Translations under genes and position numbers: made by a program
Assembly (NCBI GenBank): GCA_038882975.1
Contig: JAVZNE010000003.1
Location: forward strand, 32,001-96,000
Source of the DNA: Candidatus Bathyarchaeia archaeon
GTDB lineage: Archaea > Thermoproteota > Bathyarchaeia > Bathyarchaeales > Bathycorpusculaceae
Reading direction: 5' to 3'
DNA: 64,000 nucleotides
Notes under the pieces: generated by a model
Seen by the model: the letters and a program-made list of their open reading frames with translations, nothing else
Told to the model about the DNA's origin: nothing
Database searches by the model: none
Shown: positions 9,284 to 18,841 of the stretch, piece after piece
Layout of the letters: each line of letters opens with the position of its first letter
Numbering within the stretch: the stretch's first letter is position 1

Positions 9284-10387
9284 TTACTGATAAACCTTCA
9301 GCGGCTTCCCAAGGATTTTGCTGTTAAGCTCTTTTATTCCCAAGCCGTGTTGTTTTGGGAATGTGCGCATTGAGTTTTTGACTTTTGTTCCGCCCTTTAT
9401 GACTAATTTATCTTTAAGCAGCAAATCTGAGTCTAAGTCTGCATATTGTATATTTTTTACTGCTGCCGCTAGGTGGGCTCCGGCGGCTATGCCTATTTCC
9501 GACTCTCCCATACAGCCTATCATGCATGGTATTCCGGCGGCTTCTGCTATGGCGGCTATTTTCTTGGCTTTGTGGATGCCTCCGCTTTTCATCAATTTTA
9601 TGTTTATTAAGTCTATGGCTTCAGCTCTTATTAGGCGGAGGGTGTCTTCTGGTGAGTGAATGCTTTCATCCGCCATTATTGGTATGGGAGAGTTTCGCTT
9701 AACCTCAATTAAGCCTTTCAAGTCTTCTGCTGGAACTGGCTGCTCCGCAAACTGAATGTTAAACTTTTCAATTTTATTCAGAACTTCTATGGCTTGTTTT
9801 GGCGTCCACCCCTGGTTTGCATCAATTCTTATCTCTATTTTTTCGCCAACCGCCTCGCGGATGAGCCTAATCCGCTCAACGTCTTCTTCTGGGTTTACGC
9901 CAACCTTAACCTTTAGGGCTTTAAACCCTTTCTTGACGGCTTTAACAGCGTCTTTGGCCATTTCCTTTGGAGACTTTATGCCAAGTGTTATGTCGGTTAA
10001 AACTTCTGTTCTGTAGCCGCCTAGAACACGGAAAAGCTCTTTTCGAACAGTCTTGCCGAAAATGTCATGTAAGGCTATGTCTATAGCTGCTTTTGCAGCG
10101 GGGTTTCCAGCCACAATGGAGTCCATAAGCTCAACATTTTGCTCAATTCTTAAGGGGCACATGCCAATAAGCTTGGGTGCAATCTTGTCCAAGGCTTTGA
10201 TGACAGTTTCCGCTGTTTCGCCAGTAACCCGCTCAGATGGGGAAGATTCACCCCAGCCGTAAACGCCATAATCCGTAACTATTTTTACGACAATGTTGTG
10301 GCTTTCGGTGCTTGCGCCCGGTGCAATCCTAAAAGGCTCACGGTAAGCCAAAGTAACCGGATAAACCTCTATTCTTTGAATTCCCAA
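9284..10387 (-). CDS. Dipeptide epimerase (L-Ala-D/L-Glu epimerase, enolase superfamily)
   Basis: KVKVG, DANQGW, EQP, ADES, INIKLMKSGG, GCM and DLD motifs. Confidence 0.9.
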   Translation of the reverse strand: MGIQRIEVYPVTLAYREPFRIAPGASTESHNIVVKIVTDYGVYGWGESSPSERVTGETAETVIKALDKIAPKLIGMCPLRIEQNVELMDSIVAGNPAAKAAIDIALHDIFGKTVRKELFRVLGGYRTEVLTDITLGIKSPKEMAKDAVKAVKKGFKALKVKVGVNPEEDVERIRLIREAVGEKIEIRIDANQGWTPKQAIEVLNKIEKFNIQFAEQPVPAEDLKGLIEVKRNSPIPIMADESIHSPEDTLRLIRAEAIDLINIKLMKSGGIHKAKKIAAIAEAAGIPCMIGCMGESEIGIAAGAHLAAAVKNIQYADLDSDLLLKDKLVIKGGTKVKNSMRTFPKQHGLGIKELNSKILGKPLKVYQ

Positions 10388-10436
10388 AGTTGCTTATCAC
10401 CAGCCAGTAGTTTATGGTGCTTTTCTAGGAAAAGCT

Positions 10437-11732
10437 TTACTGAAGCTCCTCAGCAGTTTTTCCGCCGCGCCCTCCCATTTTTTTAAACTTTAATTTTGCT
10501 GTTAGAATTTTCTCTGTTGCAAAAAGCCTTGAGGCTGCATACATGACTATCATTGTGAAGGCTGAAACATAGATTATGCCGAATACTGCGGTCAGGTAGT
10601 CACCCATTACAATGGCTTTTGAAGCTATTATTGGGTGGCTGAAGGGAATAGCGTAAAAAATCATTCTCACAGCCAATGGCAAAGTGTTTATGTCCAAATA
10701 CATTAGGGCAAAGGATGGAAGGAACACAATTGGATAAATGTAGCCGACGAAGGATTGGGCGCTTCTAACATCTTCGGCGAAAGCCGACATTATGACAGCC
10801 AGTGCTAAGGCTGAAAGTATCGTCACAAAGAGGGACAAGCCCAAAAGTAGATAGCCATAAAATGAAGGCGTAAGCCCCAAAACAGCTAAATCCAAGTTTA
10901 TGTTGGCTGGAATCCCCGACATTATAGAACCCAATACGTAGCTGTAGCCAACCATATAAGCTGCGGCGCCCACAGCGGCAACAATTATTGAACCGGAAAG
11001 CTTCCCCCAAAGTATTGAAAGGCGGTCCATCGGCAGAGTCAGCAAAGTCTCAAGGGTTTTCTCCTCCTTTTCCATAGCCACAGAAGTGGCTGCTATCTGC
11101 ACCGAATATGTGAGCAAAATCATTACTGTTACTGGTAGGGCGATTGACTGGTACATAAGCAGACCAGAAAGCATGGCTGGGTCCACGCCGCGCTTAACCT
11201 CACCCTTTATAATTGTTGACTTCTCAACCGCCACAACATTTGGAGCAACCCACCTATTAAATTGTTCAACCCAAACGTCAACCGCTGACGATCCCATGCT
11301 TTCGAAGGCGCCTATGGTGGATAGCACCCCATAAAAATTCAGTTTAATGCCCACTTTTTGCCCGCTAAGATATGCGTTAATGGTGTCATTAAAGCCCCTG
11401 GGAATTTCGAGAATTTGTGTGACGTTATATTTTGACAGTAGCCTTGTTATGTTTTCATCACTTAACACGACATCACTTTCAATGAAAATGTTTATGCCCG
11501 CCATCTGAAGCGTTTCTGTGAAATTATTGGCCCAGTATCCCCCATCGTTGTCCACGACAATAAGCGCGGCTTTTGCCGCTTTTTCCTGAGCGGATTTCAT
11601 TGCATAGTTCATGACAATGCCTAAAAATGGAAACATAACTAGGGGGACAATAATCATGCCCAAAAGTATTTTCGGGTCTCTTACAAGTTCTTTGAGTTCC
11701 TTTAATAAAAAGTTGCCGAACCCCTCAAGCAA
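10437..11732 (-). CDS. ABC-2 type exporter permease (NatB-like)
   Basis: KELKELVRDPK, EKEEKTLETLLTLP and GKL motifs; multiple TM helices. Confidence 0.88.
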   Translation of the reverse strand: MLEGFGNFLLKELKELVRDPKILLGMIIVPLVMFPFLGIVMNYAMKSAQEKAAKAALIVVDNDGGYWANNFTETLQMAGINIFIESDVVLSDENITRLLSKYNVTQILEIPRGFNDTINAYLSGQKVGIKLNFYGVLSTIGAFESMGSSAVDVWVEQFNRWVAPNVVAVEKSTIIKGEVKRGVDPAMLSGLLMYQSIALPVTVMILLTYSVQIAATSVAMEKEEKTLETLLTLPMDRLSILWGKLSGSIIVAAVGAAAYMVGYSYVLGSIMSGIPANINLDLAVLGLTPSFYGYLLLGLSLFVTILSALALAVIMSAFAEDVRSAQSFVGYIYPIVFLPSFALMYLDINTLPLAVRMIFYAIPFSHPIIASKAIVMGDYLTAVFGIIYVSAFTMIVMYAASRLFATEKILTAKLKFKKMGGRGGKTAEELQ

Positions 11733-12456
11733 GCTTAACCACCTTCGCGAAGACCTCTTCCAAATTTGTGCTTCCGAACTTCTCCTTCAGTTCTTGGGGC
11801 TCCCCTTCAGCAACTATTTTACCCTTATTTATTAGGGCAACCCTATCGCACAAATACTCAACCTCAAGCATGTTGTGGCTTGAAAGGAGAACAGTCACGC
11901 CGTGCCTCTTAACATAGCTTTTTATTATCTCCCTAACATGATAGGAGTGAAGCACATCTAAACCGCTTGTAGGTTCGTCTAGGATAGCCAGCTTCGGCTT
12001 GAGCATTAAGGCTCTGGCAACGAGGAGGCGGCGCTTCATCCCCTTACTATAAGTTTTAGTCTTGTCTTTTAGCCGTTCCCCCAAACCGGATATTTCGGCA
12101 GCCTCCAAAACCATTTTACGTGCCTCAGCCTTGTCGCTGGTGTGAAACTTAGCCATAAACTCCAGATACTCCCAGCCGGAAAGATAACGGTAAGCACCAG
12201 CCTCCTCTGGAAGATAGGAGATTATTCTGCGGACTTCAGCAGCGTCCCGCACCACGTCACGTCCAAAAACCTTAACAGTGCCAGAAGTTGGCAGAAGCAA
12301 TGTTGAAACTATCCGAAGGGCAGTTGTTTTCCCAGCGCCATTCGGACCAATAAGCCCGAAAACCTCGCCGGGCTTGACGCTAAAACTTAAACCATCTAAA
12401 GCACGAATGCTTCCGAAAACCTTGGCGACATCATGAACTTCAACAGCCAACATCAC
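11725..12456 (-). CDS. ABC exporter ATP-binding protein
   Basis: GPNGAGKTT, YSKGM, ILDEPTSGLD and SSH motifs. Confidence 0.95.
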   Translation of the reverse strand: MMLAVEVHDVAKVFGSIRALDGLSFSVKPGEVFGLIGPNGAGKTTALRIVSTLLLPTSGTVKVFGRDVVRDAAEVRRIISYLPEEAGAYRYLSGWEYLEFMAKFHTSDKAEARKMVLEAAEISGLGERLKDKTKTYSKGMKRRLLVARALMLKPKLAILDEPTSGLDVLHSYHVREIIKSYVKRHGVTVLLSSHNMLEVEYLCDRVALINKGKIVAEGEPQELKEKFGSTNLEEVFAKVVKLA

Positions 12457-12534
12457 TGAAGCCTCTTATGGGAACGTTTACAAACACTCTTAAAATAATT
12501 GCTATTCACCTGCATCCAAATGGCTTCTATACGC

Positions 12535-13692
12535 CTATAATTTCCAGTCTATTTTGTGGTTTTTAAAGAGGATTCCGACGATTATGCCAGCCAAGAGGAC
12601 GATGAAGGATATGGGCTGATAAAAGAAGTAGTATGTTACGAATTCGACAATGCTGAATTGAAATTTGAGTTTCCTTGCGGCTAAATAGAAAACCATTGAA
12701 AAAAGGATGAATCCTAAAAAGAAGTTTGTTGAGGTCGTAAATAATATGGAGGCTATTGAAGGGGGAAGAGTGGGAACGCCTGTAAAGGTTAATTGTGATG
12801 CCAAGGCTCTTGGGATAAAGTTGAATAGCTGAGTATTTGGGAAAAGGGAGCATATGTAGTTGAAAAGAATGAGGGTAACCGCTGGGAAAAGCATGAGGGC
12901 ACAAGGAAAAGCTATGTATGGATACCTCGCAATGTATCTGACAACTTTTCCCCCATGAGTTTTAATCCACAACCCTGTCCCAATGCCCCACCTCTTCCTC
13001 TGAGCCAACCAGCTTCTCCACTTTGAGGGAGCCTTTGTGTAAACTTCAGCTTTATCCGTAAATTTGAATCGTTTATTTAGAAAGAAGGCTTTTGCAGCCA
13101 AGTCTAAGTCTTCTGAGATCACTTTGGCAAATCCGCCGACTTCCTCAAAGGTTTCCCTTTTAATGGCGAAGGCTGTGCCGCCAACCGCAAAACACTTCTG
13201 CACAAGTTTTGAGTAAAGGTAGCTTGAAAAGTTTGAGCCTACAAACTCATAGTTCACCATTCTTGATATGAAAGAATCCTTAACAATCTTCTTCTTTACG
13301 TCAAGGATGTCCGCGTCCTCCATTTCCGAAGCTATCGTCCCCAAAAAATCCCTACACTCGCCAAGCTTAACATCCGCATCTAAAAAAACAAGAATTTCCC
13401 CGCTGGAAACATTAACGGCTTCGTTTAAAGCCTCTACCTTACCCCTCCTATAACCGCTTAAAATAAAATGCACCTTGCCCTGGAAACGCTCAACAACTTT
13501 ATGCGCCTCAGCCGTGGGCTCATCTATGGAGACAAAAATCTCCTTATTTTGGTATGGGTCGTTAACTAAGCTTTCGAGAAGTTCCTCCAGCAAATCCGAA
13601 TCCTTATAAACTGGTATAAGAACGCTGATTCTCTTATCCTCAGAGCCAGATGAACCATCGCTTTGTAAATTGTTCATCTGCAAAGTCTCCAA
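12535..13692 (-). CDS. GT2 processive-type glycosyltransferase with C-terminal TM helices
   Basis: SVLIPVY, GKVEALN, FLDAD, SEDLD and QRKRW motifs. Confidence 0.88.
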   Translation of the reverse strand: METLQMNNLQSDGSSGSEDKRISVLIPVYKDSDLLEELLESLVNDPYQNKEIFVSIDEPTAEAHKVVERFQGKVHFILSGYRRGKVEALNEAVNVSSGEILVFLDADVKLGECRDFLGTIASEMEDADILDVKKKIVKDSFISRMVNYEFVGSNFSSYLYSKLVQKCFAVGGTAFAIKRETFEEVGGFAKVISEDLDLAAKAFFLNKRFKFTDKAEVYTKAPSKWRSWLAQRKRWGIGTGLWIKTHGGKVVRYIARYPYIAFPCALMLFPAVTLILFNYICSLFPNTQLFNFIPRALASQLTFTGVPTLPPSIASILFTTSTNFFLGFILFSMVFYLAARKLKFQFSIVEFVTYYFFYQPISFIVLLAGIIVGILFKNHKIDWKL

Positions 13693-13972
13693 TCCTAAGT
13701 TAATAATTCAGTTTTTTTGTTTTACGCATAACTACGTTTTTCAGAATATTCTAAAAAGGAAATACACCAAAGGAGTAAAATCTCTTTAGTGTATCCCCTT
13801 GTCTACAGGGTTTTTAATCGCTTCGATTCTAAGCCTATCTCCATGTGCCTGCGCTTTTATTGCGCTGTGATGGATTTTAGTTTTTGCCGGTATTTTCTGG
13901 CTCCAAACAAATTTAAGCATAACATGCAAAGTTTTCATTGGAGCAAAGCTTAAACCGGGAGCACATAAAACC

Positions 13973-14842
13973 TTGAGCTTGCTGACGTGGTTTGACCCTT
14001 GGCGTTCGTCTTTATGTACATGCCCACCTAAACTAACCTTTAATCCTTACACCGGATGCGACCACAAATGCCTATACTGTTATGCTTCCAGTTACATACC
14101 GCGGTTCTATGATTGCAGACCGAAGGATGATTTGCTGCCACGATTGGAGCGAGAGGCGGCCAAACTTAAGGGTGAATTAATTTCCATCGCCAATTCTTCG
14201 GATCCATACCCGACAGTTGAAGCGGAAAAGGGGTTGACAAGGCGCTGCCTCGAAATCTTAACGCGGCAAAACTGCAAAATCCAGATAGTAACTAAGTCGA
14301 ATATTGTTTTAAGGGACATAGACCTCTTGAGGCGTGTGCCTTCTATGGTGGCGGTGACCATAACAACTGATGATGTGGAAGTAGCTAAAATCCTAGAGCC
14401 GAATGCTCCTCCGCCCACTGAGAGGCTGAAAACTGTTGAAAGGCTTGTTGAGAAGGGCGTGCCAGTGACCGTGCGCATAGACCCGATAATCCCATATGTG
14501 AACGAAAACCCTGAAAGCCTCTTTAAGGCTATAGCCCAAATAGGAGTTAGGCACATAACAGCCTCCACATACAAGGTTAAAGCCGACAACTGGCAAAGAT
14601 TAAGCCTAGCCATGCCAAAAACAGCTGAAAAACTTAAACCACTCTATTTCGAGAAAGGCGAAAAACTGGGGCGATACACCTACCTGCCAAAAACTTTGAG
14701 GCTTAAGCTTATGGGAGTCCTAGCCGGACAAGCCAAAAAGTATGGCGTTAAGTTTGCCACATGCCGCGAAGGCTTAAAAGGTTTAAGCACGGCAACATGT
14801 GACGGCACATGGCTAATAAAGTCTACTGGAAACAGCTCTTAA
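13973..14842 (+). CDS. Radical SAM protein, spore photoproduct lyase-like family
   Basis: NPYTGCDHKCLYCYA, SDPYP, IVTKS, LEPNAP and RIDPIIP motifs. Confidence 0.88.
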   Translation: MSLLTWFDPWRSSLCTCPPKLTFNPYTGCDHKCLYCYASSYIPRFYDCRPKDDLLPRLEREAAKLKGELISIANSSDPYPTVEAEKGLTRRCLEILTRQNCKIQIVTKSNIVLRDIDLLRRVPSMVAVTITTDDVEVAKILEPNAPPPTERLKTVERLVEKGVPVTVRIDPIIPYVNENPESLFKAIAQIGVRHITASTYKVKADNWQRLSLAMPKTAEKLKPLYFEKGEKLGRYTYLPKTLRLKLMGVLAGQAKKYGVKFATCREGLKGLSTATCDGTWLIKSTGNSS

Positions 14843-15021
14843 ATGGATGCTGAAGCTGCAACAGCCAAAACCATTAGAACTATACCAGCAAAAATCAAAA
14901 CTACAGCTAAACCCGTAACAAAAACCGCCAAGGGATTCATTTCAAAAAGCATGTTGGTGCCCCTAACATGAGCAACACACCAACAACTATAAGAGCCAAC
15001 GCCACCAGCAAAATCTTCCAA
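14839..15021 (-). CDS. Small hydrophobic membrane protein (start uncertain)
   Basis: Short ORF with strongly hydrophobic C-terminal helix. Confidence 0.35.
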   Translation of the reverse strand: MEDFAGGVGSYSCWCVAHVRGTNMLFEMNPLAVFVTGLAVVLIFAGIVLMVLAVAASASI

Positions 15022-15093
15022 GAAAACCCTTCTCTACTGCTCAATTAACGACACCAGGAGAAAATGGAAAATGGCGAAGGCTTTTGCCTTTCA

Positions 15094-15282
15094 TCACTTT
15101 ATTATTTTTTCCTTTTCCTTCTTCTCTTTCTCTTCGCCCTTAACTCCTTTAACCAAGCCCTTCCCAACACCCTTAACTATCCCAAAGCCTTTCTTCAAGC
15201 CTTTACCCACAACTTCCCCTGTCTTTTCGGCAACAGCCTCAGCCTTGCCCTTCTCCTCCTTCTTCTTTTCCTTCTCGCTCAA
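15094..15282 (-). CDS. Small Lys/Glu/Gly-rich protein
   Basis: 62 aa, TTG start preceded by SD GGAGGTGG; KGxx repeats. Confidence 0.7.
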   Translation of the reverse strand: MSEKEKKKEEKGKAEAVAEKTGEVVGKGLKKGFGIVKGVGKGLVKGVKGEEKEKKEKEKIIK

Positions 15283-15407
15283 GAGACCACCTCCAAAAGA
15301 TTAACACTATTATATGGTGTGTCAACACGGTTAAAACTTTCGAAGATACGACCATATAGCAAGTGTTAAATTTACAACTCACAGATAGAAAAGCGAATGG
15401 TGAAAAT

Positions 15408-15857
15408 ATGTCTAAAACCAAAGATAAAGATGAGGAAATACTGCAAGTCTTAAAGGAAATAAAAGCCCTATTAGAGCCTAAACCAGCCCCACCGCCAAAG
15501 AAGGGCTTATGGAACGAGTTTATAGACTTCATCTCAAAATACAAAGTTTTAGGCCTCGCCGTAGCCTTCATCACGGGCATTTACGTAGGTCAAGTTGTCC
15601 AATCCCTCGTCAAAGACCTTCTCATGCCGCTAATAGGCTTAGCAGTTCCAGGACTAGAAAACCTATCAACATTCGTGTTATATGTTCCACCGCCAACAGG
15701 ATTTGATGAAAAAGGAAATCCATTACTGAATGGAGAGCCTTGGAAGGGACAGATATTTGGAATCGGCAGCTTCCTAGTAGCCATAATAACCTTCATAATA
15801 GTTGCCTTCGTCATATTCCTAATAGTGAAGATAACCAAAAAATGGGGCATAGAATAA
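15408..15857 (+). CDS. mscL: Large-conductance mechanosensitive channel family protein
   Basis: EFIDFI...VLGLAVAFITG...VQSLVKDLLMPLIG and GSFLVAIITFIIVAFVIF. Confidence 0.85.
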   Translation: MSKTKDKDEEILQVLKEIKALLEPKPAPPPKKGLWNEFIDFISKYKVLGLAVAFITGIYVGQVVQSLVKDLLMPLIGLAVPGLENLSTFVLYVPPPTGFDEKGNPLLNGEPWKGQIFGIGSFLVAIITFIIVAFVIFLIVKITKKWGIE

Positions 15858-16010
15858 TATAACTTGCAAGCTTAGAATAGGCATCGATTCTCTTCTTTGT
15901 TTAACGTTGGGGTTATTAAGTAGTTAAATTTATAATTCATATTCGCTTTTCATAAGCCTTTTAGTATCCGCATCAGAATCTAAAGCTATATCTTACACGG
16001 GGATTCGTTC

Positions 16011-16601
16011 GTGTTTCCGCCGGAATTGTTTATATTAATTGGTGTCAACATTTTTGTAGCCTTGAGTCTTTTAAGCTCAATTTTTGATGAGACATTTCCG
16101 AAAGCAACACCATACCTTCTCCAGATTGCTGCCATAACTGGCTTTATCCAGATTTGGGTAAACTTCACACTTTTGTACAGTTTTATGGAGACACGCTTCT
16201 GGTGCAGTATGCTTTATCTCTTTGTTGTTGTAACAAGCGTTGTAGCTGTTAACCTTTACATAGCCATAAATAAGAGATTGGTGAACGTCGCTGGCGTATT
16301 GTTAGGCAGTTTTACAATTCCAACAATTTTCATGTCTTTTCTCCTAGTTTCCGCTTATTTAAATGGGCTACCAGTTTGGATACCGCCCTTTCCAACAGTC
16401 CCATTTGAAACGATGTATATAGTTATAACGGCGTGCATAGTCATCCTCGGGATCAGCGCCCTCGTATACTTTAAACCTGACTTATTAGAAAAACTGCTTC
16501 ATGAAAGGCAAGGGCAACAACACTCTTCAAGACTGCCTAAACCTAGCATAAGCCCGATGGATGACGTGTCACGAAAAGAAAAGGGTAAAGAAAGGAGGTG
16601 A
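16011..16601 (+). CDS. Uncharacterised polytopic membrane protein, paralog of 28304-29011
   Basis: About 5 hydrophobic segments; aligns by eye with 28304-29011 (PExF, FP..PY..Q.AA..GF, RFWxSxLYL, AVNxY, KRLV, TIP, FKP). Confidence 0.8.
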   Translation: MFPPELFILIGVNIFVALSLLSSIFDETFPKATPYLLQIAAITGFIQIWVNFTLLYSFMETRFWCSMLYLFVVVTSVVAVNLYIAINKRLVNVAGVLLGSFTIPTIFMSFLLVSAYLNGLPVWIPPFPTVPFETMYIVITACIVILGISALVYFKPDLLEKLLHERQGQQHSSRLPKPSISPMDDVSRKEKGKERR

Positions 16602-16607
16602 AAACAG

Positions 16608-17150
16608 TTGGATGAGCTGAGTAAAAGAAAGTTTCTAAGGACTTTACTTCTGCTTTTAGCAGGACTGCTCGTCGTCACGGCAAGCGCAAGCATCTACAAT
16701 ATCCTATACATGCAAGCTTCATCGATACAGGCCGAGACGGCCAAAGTACAATTCGTGACAGCTAGCGACAGCACTGTCGCAGGAGCAACAATAGGCACAA
16801 ATGGCACCTACGTAGCGTTCAGCAATTTAAGTGGCTGGCCCAACGCAACGAGAGTTTATGAAGCAGCCGTTGGGATAAAAAATTTTGACACCGCGGAGCA
16901 TATTATAGAGCTTAAGTTTGGCTCATGGAGCGGCTCCACTACAAAGATCGACTACATATATGTGAAAATCTTCGACAGCAGCGGGACTCAGCGAGGCTCC
17001 ACTGTTACTATAGGCGTTAGCGGTTCATCAACAGGCCCGCTTAGCATTCCCGCAGATGCCACTTGGAGAGTGCAATGGGAAATCAAATGGAAAGCGGAAG
17101 TGTTATCGACAGACTCTGTTTCAGTGATGCTTCAGCTAATCGTAAATTAG
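16608..17150 (+). CDS. Secreted beta-rich protein, putative TasA/AbpA-like filament subunit
   Basis: SD AAGGAGGTG; basic plus hydrophobic signal peptide ending TASA; Ser/Thr-rich beta strands; similar to 29008-29520. Confidence 0.65.
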   Translation: MDELSKRKFLRTLLLLLAGLLVVTASASIYNILYMQASSIQAETAKVQFVTASDSTVAGATIGTNGTYVAFSNLSGWPNATRVYEAAVGIKNFDTAEHIIELKFGSWSGSTTKIDYIYVKIFDSSGTQRGSTVTIGVSGSSTGPLSIPADATWRVQWEIKWKAEVLSTDSVSVMLQLIVN

Positions 17151-17158
17151 GGAAAAAC

Positions 17159-18817
17159 ATGGGAAAAAGGTATTTAGCTTCATTTCAAGCCACAATCCTA
17201 TTGTTACTTGCTACCCTAACTAATATAGCAGATGGTGGCTCATACTACATATACTTTAGCCAAGCATCCCCACTTATGGCAGAAACACCTAAGGTGATTT
17301 TCCAACAAGGGATAGTTGGTGCAAGCATAATATACATGAATGATACAAGTGCAAAAGTCATAGTTAATGCTGCGTCATGGCTTAATGGATGGAAGTACCG
17401 CAAACGACACGTGATAAGCAGGGCTACTTGGGCTGGAAAAAACTACCAAGTATGGTTTAATGTCTACAAAGGCGGCGGAGTGGACAATGGAAATTCAGTT
17501 TATCTAAACGACCATAGTCAAGCAGTTTTCCCAAACGATATAAGATTTACAGATGATGATGGACAAACATTGCTGAACTACTGGATTGAGAGCTACAACT
17601 CAACATGGGCTAAAATTTGGGTAAAAGTGGCAGATGACTTAAGCACTTCTGATAGGGCAATTTACATTTATTATGGCAGTCCAAATGCAAATTCCATCTC
17701 AAACTTTGACGCCACATTCACCAAAAACTTTGAGGAAGGCGGCCTAGCTGGGCTTTGGCATATGGATGAGGGCATGGGCACAATTGCTTCTGACTCTTCT
17801 GGAAACTCCAATAACGGAGTAATATCTGGCGCAAGATGGGATACTTCTGATGGCGGACAATGGGACGGAAGAGCTGATGTAAAATTTTCAACAGGTTCAG
17901 CCCTAATTTTTGACGGAGCCAATGACGTTGTTAACTGTGGTCGCGGCACAAGCTTAAACATTAGGTCTGCAATAGCAATTGAGGCTTGGATATATCCAAC
18001 AGGCTGGGGTGAAGATCCTAACAATGGATACGGGAGGATCGTAGACAAAACCACGTATATGCTGTTTTTGAATAAGGGAACGGTACAGCCTAGGCAAAAC
18101 AATCTTGTTTTTGGCTTGAGGATTAATAATAACATGTACTATGGGAACACTCCAACAAATTCCATCACATTAAACACTTGGCATCACATCGTGGCCGTCT
18201 ATGACACTAGACGAATAATGATATACATAAATGGTGTAAGCCAAACAATAACATATTATAGAAATCAACAACCATCAGGCCTCATAGATGATTCCAGCGG
18301 GTACAACCTATTGATAGGCGATTCCCCCAATTCTGATAGATGCTTCCAAGGAAAAATAGACGAGGTCAGAATTTACGGTCGAGGCGTAGGTGCCGCAGAG
18401 GTCAGATGCCATTATGAGAGACGCAAATATGCCTTTCCCGAACCTCAGCATGGTGAGTGGGGAGAGGAAGAAATCGGCGGGGTATTTGACTATGTTCTAA
18501 GGGCTGTAAACCAAGTTGCAGACAGCTGGAATATAAGGCTTAGAGCCTATAATCAGATGAACATTGGGCGTCTATCAAACTGTACTATCTATTTCTACAA
18601 TGATGGTGAGGTTTCTTGCCAAATATGTATTATCAATGGTGAATATAGCCAACAGTTTGGAAGCTGGTATAATCTCACAGGCTTAAGTACAGCGTATATA
18701 GCCGTGACAGTTTCAGCAACCAGCACTGAAAACACGTGGCTCTATGCTTACCTTGAAATTCTTGTCCCAAACACATCAACATACAATCTTATGGAAGTCG
18801 CCTTTGAAATTTCATAA
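17159..18817 (+). CDS. Secreted DUF2341 plus LamG-like protein, putative minor subunit/adhesin
   Basis: Signal peptide; WLNGWKYRK, DIRFTD, LNYWIE, IWVKV, IYIYYG (DUF2341); LWHMDEG, FDGAND, EAWI, WHHIVAVYD, FQGKIDEVRIY (LamG). Confidence 0.85.
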   Translation: MGKRYLASFQATILLLLATLTNIADGGSYYIYFSQASPLMAETPKVIFQQGIVGASIIYMNDTSAKVIVNAASWLNGWKYRKRHVISRATWAGKNYQVWFNVYKGGGVDNGNSVYLNDHSQAVFPNDIRFTDDDGQTLLNYWIESYNSTWAKIWVKVADDLSTSDRAIYIYYGSPNANSISNFDATFTKNFEEGGLAGLWHMDEGMGTIASDSSGNSNNGVISGARWDTSDGGQWDGRADVKFSTGSALIFDGANDVVNCGRGTSLNIRSAIAIEAWIYPTGWGEDPNNGYGRIVDKTTYMLFLNKGTVQPRQNNLVFGLRINNNMYYGNTPTNSITLNTWHHIVAVYDTRRIMIYINGVSQTITYYRNQQPSGLIDDSSGYNLLIGDSPNSDRCFQGKIDEVRIYGRGVGAAEVRCHYERRKYAFPEPQHGEWGEEEIGGVFDYVLRAVNQVADSWNIRLRAYNQMNIGRLSNCTIYFYNDGEVSCQICIINGEYSQQFGSWYNLTGLSTAYIAVTVSATSTENTWLYAYLEILVPNTSTYNLMEVAFEIS

Positions 18818-18841
18818 CAAAATTTGCCATGGAATGTTTTA

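Noticed and set aside
13786-13920. Possible 44-aa minus-strand ORF (MLKFVWSQKIP...)
   Set aside because: No motif or clear SD; cannot be supported
16608-17150. Type IV pilin or archaellin identity for the small secreted proteins
   Set aside because: No class III cleavage motif before the hydrophobic stretch; an AxA-like site follows it, and no PilB/PilC genes are present
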